Part shown: piece after piece, positions 34,013-43,653 of the stretch
Layout: each line of letters opens with the position of its first letter
Position numbering within the stretch: the first letter of the stretch is position 1
Sequence record: PZ386972.1
DNA: 64,000 bases
Reading direction: 5' to 3' (one strand)
Source: a phage
Notes under the pieces: model-generated
What the model saw: the letters and a program-made list of their open reading frames with translations, nothing else
What the model was told of the DNA's origin: nothing
Database searches by the model: none
Program-made: the position numbers and the translations under genes

Positions 34013-34294
34013 ATGAAAAATCGCCTAGACTGTGCTGTTCATGTTCTTGAACATGATGTTGTGGGAACCTGTATGTCTTACCATGAAGCAGGTCGTTTAA
34101 TTAAAGAACGTGTGGCAGATGTGTGCGGGTTGAAGATTACTGCTGAGGAAGCTGATGATCTCTTAGGTCAAGCACTGGAGAAAACCGAAATGTTCCTCTG
34201 CGATTCTTGTTCTTGGTGGTGTGAAGCTCACGAACGTTCTTTCAACGATTATGATGTATGTCGTGATTGTAGCGGGGAGGATGAAGATGAATAA
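34013..34294 (+). CDS. Cys-rich hypothetical protein
   Basis: ORF track. Confidence 0.45.
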   Translation: MKNRLDCAVHVLEHDVVGTCMSYHEAGRLIKERVADVCGLKITAEEADDLLGQALEKTEMFLCDSCSWWCEAHERSFNDYDVCRDCSGEDEDE

Positions 34295-34586
34295 GTTTAT
34301 TATTGCACTGATGATCTCCGCAGTTAGTTTCGGTTCTCTGGCATCTACCAAAGTTTCTATGAAAAATGGTAATGTTAAAGTCCAACAGAACGGCATTATT
34401 ACTGAATATGGTAAAGTTCGTGATGTTAAGGAACGTAATGGTAAAGTAGAAATATATACTAATAAAAACTTCTCTACTCCAGCCGTTACTATTAGCAAAC
34501 GCGGTGAAATAACCACTCAACGTACTAATAGCTCTAGTTCTTTTACTTGTCGTTATGATTGCGACTTTGAAGGTGAAGATGAATAA
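34287..34586 (+). CDS. secreted small protein with signal peptide
   Basis: MNKFIIALMISAVSFGSLAST signal sequence; ATG 34287 with GGAGG RBS preferred over track start 34221. Confidence 0.45.
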   Translation: MNKFIIALMISAVSFGSLASTKVSMKNGNVKVQQNGIITEYGKVRDVKERNGKVEIYTNKNFSTPAVTISKRGEITTQRTNSSSSFTCRYDCDFEGEDE

Positions 34587-34998
34587 TTTAGACCCTAGAA
34601 TTAAATTTGCAATTACAGAAATCCAAGATCAAATTGATGAGGACTTCACTGTTTGGTCAAGGTCTGGTAATGGAGAATATTGCCAGCTTTATAGCATGAA
34701 AATGGGTATCTCAATTGAGCTTAATATCAACTCTGAAGGTAGAGTAGAAGCCCAACCCATGTTCAGTGTTCCAGGCTTCTCTGGATTTGTTTCAGGTATA
34801 AAATTGTGTCTACCAAATAACCATCTTCATCGAGTTATTTGTCAGCTAGAGACTATCAAGCATTTCTTGCCAGAAGATAACATTAATGACTACTACCACG
34901 AAGTTATAGCAGCTCATATGATGAAAGAATGTAAACGTCGGAGAGAAGAACGTGAAAAGGCTAAACATCAACAGCACGGTGCAGATTCCAGCAACTAA
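34555..34998 (+). CDS. hypothetical protein
   Basis: ORF track. Confidence 0.45.
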   Translation: MIATLKVKMNNLDPRIKFAITEIQDQIDEDFTVWSRSGNGEYCQLYSMKMGISIELNINSEGRVEAQPMFSVPGFSGFVSGIKLCLPNNHLHRVICQLETIKHFLPEDNINDYYHEVIAAHMMKECKRRREEREKAKHQQHGADSSN

Positions 34999-35248
34999 GG
35001 ATATTTTAACATTCCTACGTAGTGAGAATACCCAGTTTTGGCATGACTATATTCAGGAAAATAAAAATAATCCAGATATAGTTGCTTTTGCCAAGAAACG
35101 TATTGGGGAGTATAAAGATCCAGAGATTAAAGATGGGATGATTACTATGCAGTTATGGATAGCTATGAAAACCTTTGGACCCACTATGAGTCTAGGATTT
35201 ACTCCACTGTTTACTGATATTCTAATTAATGAAAAGGATCTGAAATGA
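34952..35248 (+). CDS. hypothetical protein
   Basis: ORF track. Confidence 0.4.
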   Translation: MKRLNINSTVQIPATKDILTFLRSENTQFWHDYIQENKNNPDIVAFAKKRIGEYKDPEIKDGMITMQLWIAMKTFGPTMSLGFTPLFTDILINEKDLK

Positions 35249-35529
35249 TTATCTCTCCCTTTGCTCTTTGGTTCGTCATCGGGTCTGTGGTTGCTATTTA
35301 CAGCTTGATTGATGATCTATATATTTCTAAGAATAAAGATGTAATATTATACGTTATACATAAAACCCGACCATTAGACCTACCACCTCTTGATGATAAA
35401 ACATTACTCAGGTGTGCTAGATCTATGATATTTATTATGGATATTCTTTTAGGGCCAGCATCTGTACTTTTCTTTTATAGAAAAACTCGTAATATGAAAA
35501 AGTTTAAAGCTGAAATGCGGAATATTTAA
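35245..35529 (+). CDS. small membrane protein
   Basis: ORF track; hydrophobic N-terminal helix. Confidence 0.4.
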   Translation: MIISPFALWFVIGSVVAIYSLIDDLYISKNKDVILYVIHKTRPLDLPPLDDKTLLRCARSMIFIMDILLGPASVLFFYRKTRNMKKFKAEMRNI

Positions 35530-35603
35530 AGAACTCGCGTAGGACCGAGTTGCGTCACCTGCAACTGTTACGGATAAGGGAGTCGTGCCCCTTAGTGCGG
35601 TAA

Positions 35604-35984
35604 GTGGTGAGGTGGCTGCTAGCCATAACTGGAGATGATATGACTATATTACTAATTCTTGTTACAACTTGGTTTTTAATTGGTGCTGGATATGCGATAG
35701 CTATTATTAGACATTTGGACGAATATTCTGCTGAATGGTTTGTTAAGTATCTACGTATTGATGATCAGGAACATGAATTTAAGGATGAAAAGCAGAAAAA
35801 GGCAGTAGAGAAAATGACAGGCAAAGAATGTTTATTCTACATGCGTATTGTAGGATTCTTTGGGTTATTAATTGCTGGCCCAATTGGTTCTACTATTGCT
35901 CCGTACAAAGAAACAGTTGCTGACATCAAATTATGGAGAAATGCAGGGGTACTACGCAAAGCTAGAGAAACTAATATCACATAA
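35604..35984 (+). CDS. membrane protein (2-3 TM helices)
   Basis: ORF track; hydrophobic segments. Confidence 0.4.
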   Translation: MVRWLLAITGDDMTILLILVTTWFLIGAGYAIAIIRHLDEYSAEWFVKYLRIDDQEHEFKDEKQKKAVEKMTGKECLFYMRIVGFFGLLIAGPIGSTIAPYKETVADIKLWRNAGVLRKARETNIT

Positions 35985-36028
35985 GATTGACACTAAGTCA
36001 ACTTACTAGCAAAAGCAAATAATGACAA

Positions 36029-36064
36029 AGCCCAGCCTGCACTTTTGCGACTGGGCTATTTTTG
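36029..36064 (+). terminator. rho-independent terminator
   Basis: AAGCCCAG...CTGGGCT hairpin then ATTTTTG. Confidence 0.6.
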
Positions 36065-36078
36065 TAATAAAATTTTAG

Positions 36079-36107
36079 TTGCATAGATGCCCGAACTTTT
36101 GTATAAT
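36079..36107 (+). promoter_or_regulatory. T5-type early promoter
   Basis: TTGCAT-17-TATAAT. Confidence 0.55.
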
Positions 36108-36138
36108 ATATTCATAGATTGAGGCAAGAGGATTAAAT

Positions 36139-36837
36139 ATGAGGATTATTTCTAAATTCGCAGATGTATATGATTTGCAGAACAGTTTGTTTGATCCCGA
36201 TCGTGTTTGGGAGCGTAAAACTGAAGAGTTACTGGTTAAAGTAACTGATGATGCAGAAAAGAACATCGTGCATAGTCGCCAGGTATTTCGTGAAGATTCA
36301 CTATCTTTCCGTGGAGACTTCGAATACTTTGTAAATCCATTGTTCGTTGCAGGTGAAGTTTACTGGTTACACGAGCTGTACTGCTGGCATCCAGAGTTTA
36401 GCTTCAAAACGTTCGACCTCGACACTATGTTCGATAAAATGGAAGAGATGGGATTGCATGCTCGCTCTTACTTAATGGATAAGAGTCGTGGAGATGTTCG
36501 TGAAACAATGCGTGATTTGCTCGTTGAAGCAAAACCTAAAGCAGAACGTATCTTGTCCGAACTGCGTGTACCGATTGCATATGTGAAAGGTATCAAGAAG
36601 AACGATAACGATGATGTTCGTAACTTCGTGATTCAGACTAACATTCGTTTCCATCAGTCAGGTATTCCGTGGCAGGAAATTGAAAGTAACTTATACCGTT
36701 TACACCAAGTTCTCGAACAGTATATCTTCGGTGTACTAGGAACTGGTGAGCCTGATATGATTAAAGTATCAGATAAAGATAGGTTAGCAGCGCATGGATT
36801 TGATACAAAAACTTCTTTCAGGAATATGGCATGGTAA
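36139..36837 (+). CDS. hypothetical protein
   Basis: ORF track. Confidence 0.5.
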   Translation: MRIISKFADVYDLQNSLFDPDRVWERKTEELLVKVTDDAEKNIVHSRQVFREDSLSFRGDFEYFVNPLFVAGEVYWLHELYCWHPEFSFKTFDLDTMFDKMEEMGLHARSYLMDKSRGDVRETMRDLLVEAKPKAERILSELRVPIAYVKGIKKNDNDDVRNFVIQTNIRFHQSGIPWQEIESNLYRLHQVLEQYIFGVLGTGEPDMIKVSDKDRLAAHGFDTKTSFRNMAW

Positions 36838-37243
36838 GTGGTATATCCTGGGAGCAGGTCTAGCGATAGGCATCGGATTCGGTGCTTATCACTTAGTAGA
36901 TAAAGTGGAGACTTTAGCGGGAGATCTTGCAGTAGCTACTAAAAAGATCTCTTCTCTAGAGACTTCCCTTAATAAGGTGAAAGCTGAAAGCGAACTTCGT
37001 GAGACTAGAATGAATCAGTATTTCACGATGAATAATATTTCTCAAGCAGATCTAGACAAAAAGATTAAGCAGCTAGATAAAGCTCTTAGTCGTCAAGATG
37101 TTATCGCTGCAAAACCTGGATTGGTAACATTAATTGCTAAAAAGCAGAATAAAGAGTTCGAGGAAAGATTAGCGTGTTTAACTGGAAACTTGGAGTACTG
37201 CTCGCAGCCACAATCACAATCACAGGCTGTGCAGAAGAAATAA
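36794..37243 (+). CDS. i-spanin-like protein (N-terminal TM helix plus periplasmic coiled coil)
   Basis: TM segment WYILGAGLAIGIGFGAY followed by heptad-rich region; 3' end overlapped by lipoprotein gene in another frame. Confidence 0.4.
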   Translation: MDLIQKLLSGIWHGKWYILGAGLAIGIGFGAYHLVDKVETLAGDLAVATKKISSLETSLNKVKAESELRETRMNQYFTMNNISQADLDKKIKQLDKALSRQDVIAAKPGLVTLIAKKQNKEFEERLACLTGNLEYCSQPQSQSQAVQKK

Positions 37244-37527
37244 AACCAGAGCCATCTCATGAGTTAAAGCAAGCTCATGTAGATTGGCCTAAAGGACTTC
37301 AACCTTGTAGCTTTGACTTTAAATTTGAAAAGAAATTAGCTACAAATGGGGAAGATGGCGTAGTAGTTGTTATACCATACAAAGATTGGAATGCAAAAGC
37401 AAAATGTGAGGAAGCAGTTTACTCTTACATTTCACGACTGACTGGTATGGTCTGCTTTTATCGTCAAGATTTACAAGAAAAACGTTGCTTAGTTTACTAT
37501 CCACCAATTAACAATAGGAAAGATTAA
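37174..37527 (+). CDS. outer-membrane lipoprotein (o-spanin-like), start embedded in the previous gene
   Basis: Signal peptide with lipobox LLAATITITGC; embedded/overlapping arrangement typical of Rz/Rz1 pairs. Confidence 0.4.
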   Translation: MFNWKLGVLLAATITITGCAEEIKPEPSHELKQAHVDWPKGLQPCSFDFKFEKKLATNGEDGVVVVIPYKDWNAKAKCEEAVYSYISRLTGMVCFYRQDLQEKRCLVYYPPINNRKD

Positions 37528-38279
37528 TGTCAGTATTAGTCGGTTTACATGGTGAAGCTGGTTCGGGAAAAGATACCGTTGCAAAATTAATTATCGATTG
37601 GTGTAATGACACGTATCCAACGTGTTTATCTCGTCGTTATAGTTTTGCTAAGCCCGTTTATGAACTTGCATCCGTAATCCTCGGTGTAACTCCAGAGTTT
37701 CTAGGAGAGCGCAGGGGGAAAGAGATTGACCAATGGTTTACGGTCACACAATCTCAGTTGGAACGAGCCAGGGATGTGTGGTTTAAGTACGGTATCGATA
37801 AGTTTGAAGACTTCTCGTACGTTTGGCCTATTTTTGAGGAAAAATATCTTAATCCTCAACAACTTATCTCAGAGAATAAAGAAGACGGACTTTATAGTTT
37901 ATTTATTTCTCCGAGAAAAATGTTACAGCTCGTAGGGACAGAGCTAGGAAGGCAGCTGGTGCATGAACGCATTTGGCTCATAATTCTGGAGCAATCCATC
38001 GCTAAAGACGACCCAGACGTCGCCGTAATAACAGATGTTAGATTCCCCAATGAAGGAGAGCTACTCAGAGAAACAAACCATTTAGATATGGATTCTTTGA
38101 TAGTAAATGTAGTACCCGCTGAGCAGAAGTTTACTATTAAATCAGATCATCCATCTGAAAGTGGTATTCCTGCAAAATATATTACCCACGAATTAGTTAA
38201 TAAATTCGATGGTATCAATAACCTTAAACTAGAAGTTTATAACTTCTGTGACTTAGAGCTAGAACCACTAGTTGAATAA
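37527..38279 (+). CDS. deoxynucleoside monophosphate kinase
   Basis: 250 aa; P-loop GLHGEAGSGKDT at N-terminus; T5-type dNMP kinase size and position. Confidence 0.6.
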   Translation: MSVLVGLHGEAGSGKDTVAKLIIDWCNDTYPTCLSRRYSFAKPVYELASVILGVTPEFLGERRGKEIDQWFTVTQSQLERARDVWFKYGIDKFEDFSYVWPIFEEKYLNPQQLISENKEDGLYSLFISPRKMLQLVGTELGRQLVHERIWLIILEQSIAKDDPDVAVITDVRFPNEGELLRETNHLDMDSLIVNVVPAEQKFTIKSDHPSESGIPAKYITHELVNKFDGINNLKLEVYNFCDLELEPLVE

Positions 38280-38291
38280 TCAAGGATCGCT

Positions 38292-38891
38292 ATGACTAAT
38301 AAAAAAGAAGAAAAGACTAACCTGTTTCACTCCATTCGCCAATCTAATGAGTATACCTTTTTCTTTGATGAAGAATTAGGCCCGCCGGATGAATACCGTG
38401 ATTTATCAATGGTACTTATGCAGGCAAATGAGGACGACGAAATTAATCTGATGATTAATGGCCCGGGTGGTTATGTTGATACTGCTGCACAGTTATCTAA
38501 CTTAATTGCTAATTGCCGTGGAACAGTTATAGGACATCTGGTTGGTCCTAGTGCTTCTGCTTACTGCACAATTTTCCTATCCTGTCATGGATGGGTGGTA
38601 CATCCACATGCTACGCTAATGGGACACACGTTCTCTGGCGGATTCTGTGAGAAAGGTCAAGAAATCAAGAAAGCCTATGAATCTTACAACAAGTTCGTAG
38701 AAGATATGATGCTAGATGTCTACTATCCGTTCTTCTCAATAGATGAAATCGACGAGATGGTAAAAGACAACAAAAATATCTATCTAGATAGCAAGGAAAT
38801 CCATAAGCGTATTGAAATCTTGGCAAAATATCGATCTGAGCAATATAATAAAGCCCATTTACCTAAATCCGAGAAGCACAACGAAGAGTAA
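38292..38891 (+). CDS. ClpP-like serine peptidase
   Basis: MINGPGGYVDTAAQL resembles the ClpP INSPGG motif; GPSASAY and MGHTFSGG around candidate Ser/His. Confidence 0.5.
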   Translation: MTNKKEEKTNLFHSIRQSNEYTFFFDEELGPPDEYRDLSMVLMQANEDDEINLMINGPGGYVDTAAQLSNLIANCRGTVIGHLVGPSASAYCTIFLSCHGWVVHPHATLMGHTFSGGFCEKGQEIKKAYESYNKFVEDMMLDVYYPFFSIDEIDEMVKDNKNIYLDSKEIHKRIEILAKYRSEQYNKAHLPKSEKHNEE

Positions 38892-38900
38892 GTAATTTTA

Positions 38901-38934
38901 AGCCAGGGTTTAACGACCCTGGCTTTTCTTTTAT
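38901..38934 (+). terminator. rho-independent terminator
   Basis: AGCCAGGG...CCCTGGCT hairpin then TTTCTTTT. Confidence 0.65.
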
Positions 38935-38994
38935 CTAAAATTCTTCTTGACAACGACAAAATTTTATGCTCCAGAAGTGATCTTTAAAAACACA

Positions 38995-39023
38995 TTGTAA
39001 TTTTCCTCCAAAATTAGTATAAT
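38995..39023 (+). promoter_or_regulatory. candidate promoter upstream of holin (TTGTAA-17-TATAAT)
   Basis: Seen in sequence; weaker -35. Confidence 0.35.
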
Positions 39024-39047
39024 GGTAATGGTTAGAGGAGGTTACAA

Positions 39048-39704
39048 TTGGAAAAGTTCTTACAATTATTAACAGTACTGCTCCAAGAAGCGAAAGATCC
39101 AGCATCGCTTCTTAAACGTCTGCTAACTATCTTAGTTGCTGTCATTATTTTCTTATTTGTTAGTAATACTAGCGAGGTGATGTCATTCTTAAAGACTTTC
39201 TCCACGTCTGCGGTTCTACAGGATGTTCAAACTCAAAGGATAGATAACTTTCCCAATGTAGCTAGAGAAAAGAGCATGGTACTCTTTTCTCAAACGGGTG
39301 CGGATGCTGTTTTTGTCGTCAAGTATAAACCCGATGCCATTAATGATTATTCTAACATTATTGCATGGGAAAGCAATGCGCAATTAGATAGGGCTGACTT
39401 GGCCGATAAAGCGGTAAATAAAACGTCTGAGCTATATAGACGTCACTTGGAAGGCTTTAACTACGCATCGGATTTAAGTGTAAAAGTAAATAAATACATG
39501 GGGTTAAATATACCTGCGTTTAAGAACGTTACTTTTAATTACATATACACTTGTCCGTATTTCAATCTAAACAATATCTATGCTGGATATATTGGTATTG
39601 CTTGGAAAGATAATCCTGTAGATGCGGCCGATTCTGAGAAATTTAACGAGTATTTAACAAAGCTCTGTTCTCCACAACAGAGATCTTTAGGTAGATCAAT
39701 ATGA
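39048..39704 (+). CDS. putative holin
   Basis: TTG start with GAGGAGG RBS; TM segment LLTILVAVIIFLFV; immediately upstream of and overlapping the endolysin start. Confidence 0.5.
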   Translation: MEKFLQLLTVLLQEAKDPASLLKRLLTILVAVIIFLFVSNTSEVMSFLKTFSTSAVLQDVQTQRIDNFPNVAREKSMVLFSQTGADAVFVVKYKPDAINDYSNIIAWESNAQLDRADLADKAVNKTSELYRRHLEGFNYASDLSVKVNKYMGLNIPAFKNVTFNYIYTCPYFNLNNIYAGYIGIAWKDNPVDAADSEKFNEYLTKLCSPQQRSLGRSI

Positions 39705-40114
39705 GTTTTAAATTTGGTAAAAATAGCGAAAAACAATTAGCTACCGTTAAGCCAGAGCTACAAAAAGTAGCTCGTAGAGCTTTAGAATTATCTCCATATG
39801 ATTTCACGATCGTACAGGGTATTCGTACAGTAGCACAAAGTGCCCAGAATATTGCTAATGGTACTTCATTTTTAAAAGATCCTAGTAAAAGCAAGCATAT
39901 TACTGGGGATGCCCTTGATTTTGCTCCATACATTAATGGCAAAATTGATTGGAATGATTTAGAAGCATTTTGGGCAGTTAAAAAGGCTTTTGAACAAGCT
40001 GGTAAAGAACTGGGCATTAAACTTCGTTTTGGTGCTGATTGGAATGCTTCGGGAGATTATCACGACGAAATAAAACGTGGTACCTATGATGGTGGTCATG
40101 TCGAACTAGTTTAA
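39701..40114 (+). CDS. lys: endolysin, M15-family L-alanyl-D-glutamate peptidase
   Basis: 137 aa; VanY/M15-like H...D...H zinc-binding pattern (SKHITGDALDF, DGGHVE); matches T5-type endolysin size. Confidence 0.75.
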   Translation: MSFKFGKNSEKQLATVKPELQKVARRALELSPYDFTIVQGIRTVAQSAQNIANGTSFLKDPSKSKHITGDALDFAPYINGKIDWNDLEAFWAVKKAFEQAGKELGIKLRFGADWNASGDYHDEIKRGTYDGGHVELV

Positions 40115-40124
40115 TTAATAACTG

Positions 40125-40148
40125 AGGCGGGGATATTCCCGCCTTTTT
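40125..40148 (+). terminator. rho-independent terminator after endolysin
   Basis: AGGCGGGG...CCCGCCT hairpin then TTTTT. Confidence 0.65.
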
Positions 40149-40191
40149 AGGCAAAGGGGGCTTTAATAATTTTTGAAGATAGGAGAAAGCC

Positions 40192-40608
40192 ATGTTTGCA
40201 GAACTATTCACTATGATGCTGCTAGGTATCTGGAAAATAAGTCTAGTAGTATTCGTTTTAATGATAGTCTTTACTATCATTGCATTAACTACCCGAAATA
40301 GCTTATTAATAAAGGTTATTCACGGACTAGAGTATATAATTATGGGTTCATTCGGCGTTTGTAAATGCAATTGCCATAGAGATACGAAATATTGTTGGTT
40401 ATGGATGGAACTAGAGAATCCTATATCCATAGCTTTGGCTGTTTCATTCGGTATGATTCTTATGGCCCTTACTCTAGCATTAATACCTTTGATGTTAGCT
40501 GGGGGAGTTACAGCGTATTTCACCCTTTTCTCCCCGATACTTATGTACTCAATTTACCCAATAACTATGTATCTAGTTAGGAAAAAATTTATACATACAG
40601 TAGATTAA
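40192..40608 (+). CDS. multi-pass membrane protein
   Basis: ORF track; 3-4 hydrophobic helices. Confidence 0.45.
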   Translation: MFAELFTMMLLGIWKISLVVFVLMIVFTIIALTTRNSLLIKVIHGLEYIIMGSFGVCKCNCHRDTKYCWLWMELENPISIALAVSFGMILMALTLALIPLMLAGGVTAYFTLFSPILMYSIYPITMYLVRKKFIHTVD

Positions 40609-40621
40609 GATAAAAAAGTAG

Positions 40622-40650
40622 TTGACTTTTAGCCCTAGTTATTATATAAT
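40622..40650 (+). promoter_or_regulatory. promoter TTGACT-17-TATAAT
   Basis: Seen in sequence. Confidence 0.55.
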
Positions 40651-40683
40651 ATATACATAAATTAGTTAAGAGAGGTATATATT

Positions 40684-41115
40684 ATGTCTGATCGTTTCTA
40701 TACTCAAATGGCGGAACATTTTCGTATACCACATTACGAGCTAAACATTGCACTCCGTGATCATGACTCTCCTGAGTACAAAAAGCTCGAAAAGAAAGCG
40801 GAAAAATCTATTGATACAAAGGTAGGTGCATCTATGTCTAAGGGCAAAAAGTTAACTCGTCTTGATCTTAATAAAATTTTAACTGAACTTTTGGGTACTG
40901 ATATTGAAGGTGCTAAATTACCGCTTCTTGTATTAGAGACTATGATTAAAAAGGTCAAAAATAAAGAATATAAGAAGGTAGAAGTGCCAGAAGGCAGATT
41001 AAAGGCTCCTTATCAGGAAGCATTAACCGAGTGTTTGGGTGTAAATCTTGATCTGAGCACCGCAACCGTAAAAACTATGAAAAACTTCTTAGAGGCCATT
41101 AATAACTATGAGTAA
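40684..41115 (+). CDS. hypothetical protein
   Basis: ORF track. Confidence 0.45.
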   Translation: MSDRFYTQMAEHFRIPHYELNIALRDHDSPEYKKLEKKAEKSIDTKVGASMSKGKKLTRLDLNKILTELLGTDIEGAKLPLLVLETMIKKVKNKEYKKVEVPEGRLKAPYQEALTECLGVNLDLSTATVKTMKNFLEAINNYE

Positions 41116-41398
41116 ACTAGTATATCTATTGAAAGGTTCCACTTGCAATCCTTGCAAAATGTTTGAGCCAGTATTTGATAAAGTAGTCAATGACTATAAT
41201 TTGGAAATCCATAAAGAGACTGATAACACAGAATTAATGCAGAAATTTGGTGTGCGCCAAGTTCCTGTAGTAGTTCTGGCGGATCGCTTACCTAATGGTC
41301 GAGTAGAAGCTAATCATATTCTGATTGGACGTCAGCTTCGTAAAGAAACTATGCACGAAGCTATTAAAAATTTCCTGGATGATAATCCAGAGGACTAA
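41108..41398 (+). CDS. thioredoxin/glutaredoxin-like redoxin
   Basis: CNPC active-site-like CxxC motif near N-terminus, about 96 aa. Confidence 0.5.
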   Translation: MSKLVYLLKGSTCNPCKMFEPVFDKVVNDYNLEIHKETDNTELMQKFGVRQVPVVVLADRLPNGRVEANHILIGRQLRKETMHEAIKNFLDDNPED

Positions 41399-41403
41399 TA
41401 AAC

Positions 41404-41437
41404 AAAGCCTGATCTTAGCGGATCAGGCTTTTATTTT
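41404..41437 (+). terminator. rho-independent terminator
   Basis: AAGCCTGATC...GATCAGGCTT hairpin then TTATTTT. Confidence 0.65.
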
Positions 41438-41439
41438 AC

Positions 41440-41468
41440 TTGCTTTTTGCTAAAAATTTTGGTATAAT
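41440..41468 (+). promoter_or_regulatory. T5-type early promoter
   Basis: TTGCTT-17-TATAAT. Confidence 0.6.
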
Positions 41469-41495
41469 ATTTATATAAATTGACCGGAGGATTAA

Positions 41496-41741
41496 ATGTT
41501 AGCGGAACAGGCAAAACGTTTAGCCAGAATAAATAGAGCTGCACTTCTTAAAAGCAGAAAGAAACAATATAAGTATGTTAAAAAGAGAATAGTTTCTTCT
41601 GTGGGGATTGGAGGTTCTTTTGTACAGTTTAATCGTGATGAAATTAGTTATGAAGCTATAAAAGCCCTCTATAAAGAGGGTTATACCCTCCAACTATCTA
41701 ATGATTATGGTACAACTATTTTAACTGTTATTTGGGAATAA
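41496..41741 (+). CDS. hypothetical protein
   Basis: ORF track. Confidence 0.4.
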   Translation: MLAEQAKRLARINRAALLKSRKKQYKYVKKRIVSSVGIGGSFVQFNRDEISYEAIKALYKEGYTLQLSNDYGTTILTVIWE

Positions 41742-42607
41742 TTATGAAAAAAGAATTTAATGTACATAAAACTCTAGTAGTGCCGGATGATGCCAACTTG
41801 TTTTTCGTTGGTGATATTCATGGATGCAACGATTTGCTAGAAGATGCGTTGAAATTAGCTGGGTATAATAGCAAAAAAGATTGCGTAGTATGTGTTGGTG
41901 ATTTAATTGACCGAGGCACGCAAAACCTACAAGTTTTAGCCAAATTCCTGTATAATCCACGCTTTATCAGTGTCCGTGGTAATCATGACCAATTTATGAT
42001 TGTGGGAGATTGGGCTAATTGGATGTATAATGGCGGTATGTGGGCCATGAATGAACTAGATGCAGACACCATTAAAAATATTGCCGAAGATATGGCTGAA
42101 AAAATGCCAGTATTCCTAACTGTTAGACATCGTGGTAAGAAGTTTGGTGTTGTTCATGGTGGTGTACCTTTTACATACAAAGAATGTGGTAATGAAGTAG
42201 AAACCCCAGTATGGGATAATCTTATTGCACAAGTAGAAGCAACTAAGGAAGACCCACATGACCATCCGGGATACCATGTTGAACCATATTTATGGGATCG
42301 AGATGTAATCCAAGAAATAGGCTTCTACTTGTCCAAAAATGGTGAGGAACACCCATATTTCCAGCGTTATGCAGGATTTAAAGAAAAATACATGGTAGAA
42401 GTGCCAGAAGTTAAAGGGGTAGATTTCGTATTTCACGGGCATACTGGGGTCCCTTACCCGCTTCTTTATAAAAACCGTGTTTATCTTGATACTGGCGGTG
42501 TTTTCAACGGGCAGTTGACGGTTGCGCAGGTTAATGATGAAACGGGCAAAATCACCACATTTACTACACTCCGGGAAGATAGCTGTGGTGTACAGAGGAT
42601 TCTTTAA
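41732..42607 (+). CDS. Ser/Thr protein phosphatase-like metallophosphoesterase
   Basis: GDIHG, GDLIDRG and GNHD motifs of the calcineurin-like phosphoesterase fold. Confidence 0.65.
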   Translation: MGIIMKKEFNVHKTLVVPDDANLFFVGDIHGCNDLLEDALKLAGYNSKKDCVVCVGDLIDRGTQNLQVLAKFLYNPRFISVRGNHDQFMIVGDWANWMYNGGMWAMNELDADTIKNIAEDMAEKMPVFLTVRHRGKKFGVVHGGVPFTYKECGNEVETPVWDNLIAQVEATKEDPHDHPGYHVEPYLWDRDVIQEIGFYLSKNGEEHPYFQRYAGFKEKYMVEVPEVKGVDFVFHGHTGVPYPLLYKNRVYLDTGGVFNGQLTVAQVNDETGKITTFTTLREDSCGVQRIL

Positions 42608-42906
42608 TGAATGATAGAATGAAAGAAGTACGAGAAGAATTACGAGCAATGCGTATTGATGCCCTTCGTTGGAGGGCATTAGTTAATGCTTTCGTCAAAG
42701 GAGATACTGGGGTAATATATTCTGGGATAGCAGTCAATTTTTGTTTTAATTCTCCTACTGAAATAGAGGTAGAAACAAGGCTTACTACCTATCTTAATGA
42801 GGTAGACCTTAAGGAAGGAGAGACTTCCGAGGAGTTTAAAACCAAAGTGTTAACCTCTTGGGTTGATAGTTTAATACAGAATAAGGAAAAGAGTAATGAA
42901 AGTTAA
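42607..42906 (+). CDS. hypothetical protein
   Basis: ORF track. Confidence 0.4.
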   Translation: MNDRMKEVREELRAMRIDALRWRALVNAFVKGDTGVIYSGIAVNFCFNSPTEIEVETRLTTYLNEVDLKEGETSEEFKTKVLTSWVDSLIQNKEKSNES

Positions 42907-43486
42907 ATTCTGGTCAGACTTGCACCTAGACCACCCTGGAGCGTTACGTTTCCGTCCGTGGTTTAAGAACATGAAGGAGCACGATGAGTATATTCTAGAC
43001 ACTTTGTCCAAGCATATTGGTAAACGAACAAAACTTATTTTGCTAGGGGATATTGCAGTAGGTCGTGAAGGTCTGGCCAAATTAAAGTCGGTTATCCACA
43101 ATGTTCCTAACCAACTTATAATGGGCAACCACGATGCGGAACGTCAAGGACTGAGTATTAGGGACTTAGCAGAAGTTTATGACGATATTCAGGCTCTAGG
43201 TAAACAGACTGGAGGCGGCAAAAAGTTTTGGCTATCTCACTGCCCTTTGCACCATAATGAACTTCGTGGCAAACTAAATATTCACGGACACGTACATACT
43301 ACTTCTCTACGTGATCCACGTTATATCAATGTCTCATTTGAAATGAGTAAAACTCCAATTCCACTAGAAGATATTGTGTCTGGTAAGTTTACTAGTTATG
43401 ATAGAGTAGTTAATTGTACTACCGGCGAGGTATTACAAATAGGGGAAGACGTAGCTGCTGTATTGCGTGGTGATATAAATGTCTGA
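42896..43486 (+). CDS. second calcineurin-like metallophosphoesterase
   Basis: SDLHLD, GDIAVG, GNHD and GHVH motifs. Confidence 0.55.
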   Translation: MKVKFWSDLHLDHPGALRFRPWFKNMKEHDEYILDTLSKHIGKRTKLILLGDIAVGREGLAKLKSVIHNVPNQLIMGNHDAERQGLSIRDLAEVYDDIQALGKQTGGGKKFWLSHCPLHHNELRGKLNIHGHVHTTSLRDPRYINVSFEMSKTPIPLEDIVSGKFTSYDRVVNCTTGEVLQIGEDVAAVLRGDINV

Positions 43487-43594
43487 GTATATAGCTGAGG
43501 CTATTATTAAACGAATTATACAAGCGGTAGCAATACTTATAATCATTTGTATTGCTATTGGCACAGGATTAGGCATTTTAATTAAAAGTTTTAT

Positions 43595-43623
43595 TTGCTA
43601 AAATGCTTAAGTTTCTGTATAAT
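43595..43623 (+). promoter_or_regulatory. T5-type early promoter
   Basis: TTGCTA-17-TATAAT. Confidence 0.6.
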
Positions 43624-43653
43624 TACTTTATAAATTGATGAGAAGGAATCAAA

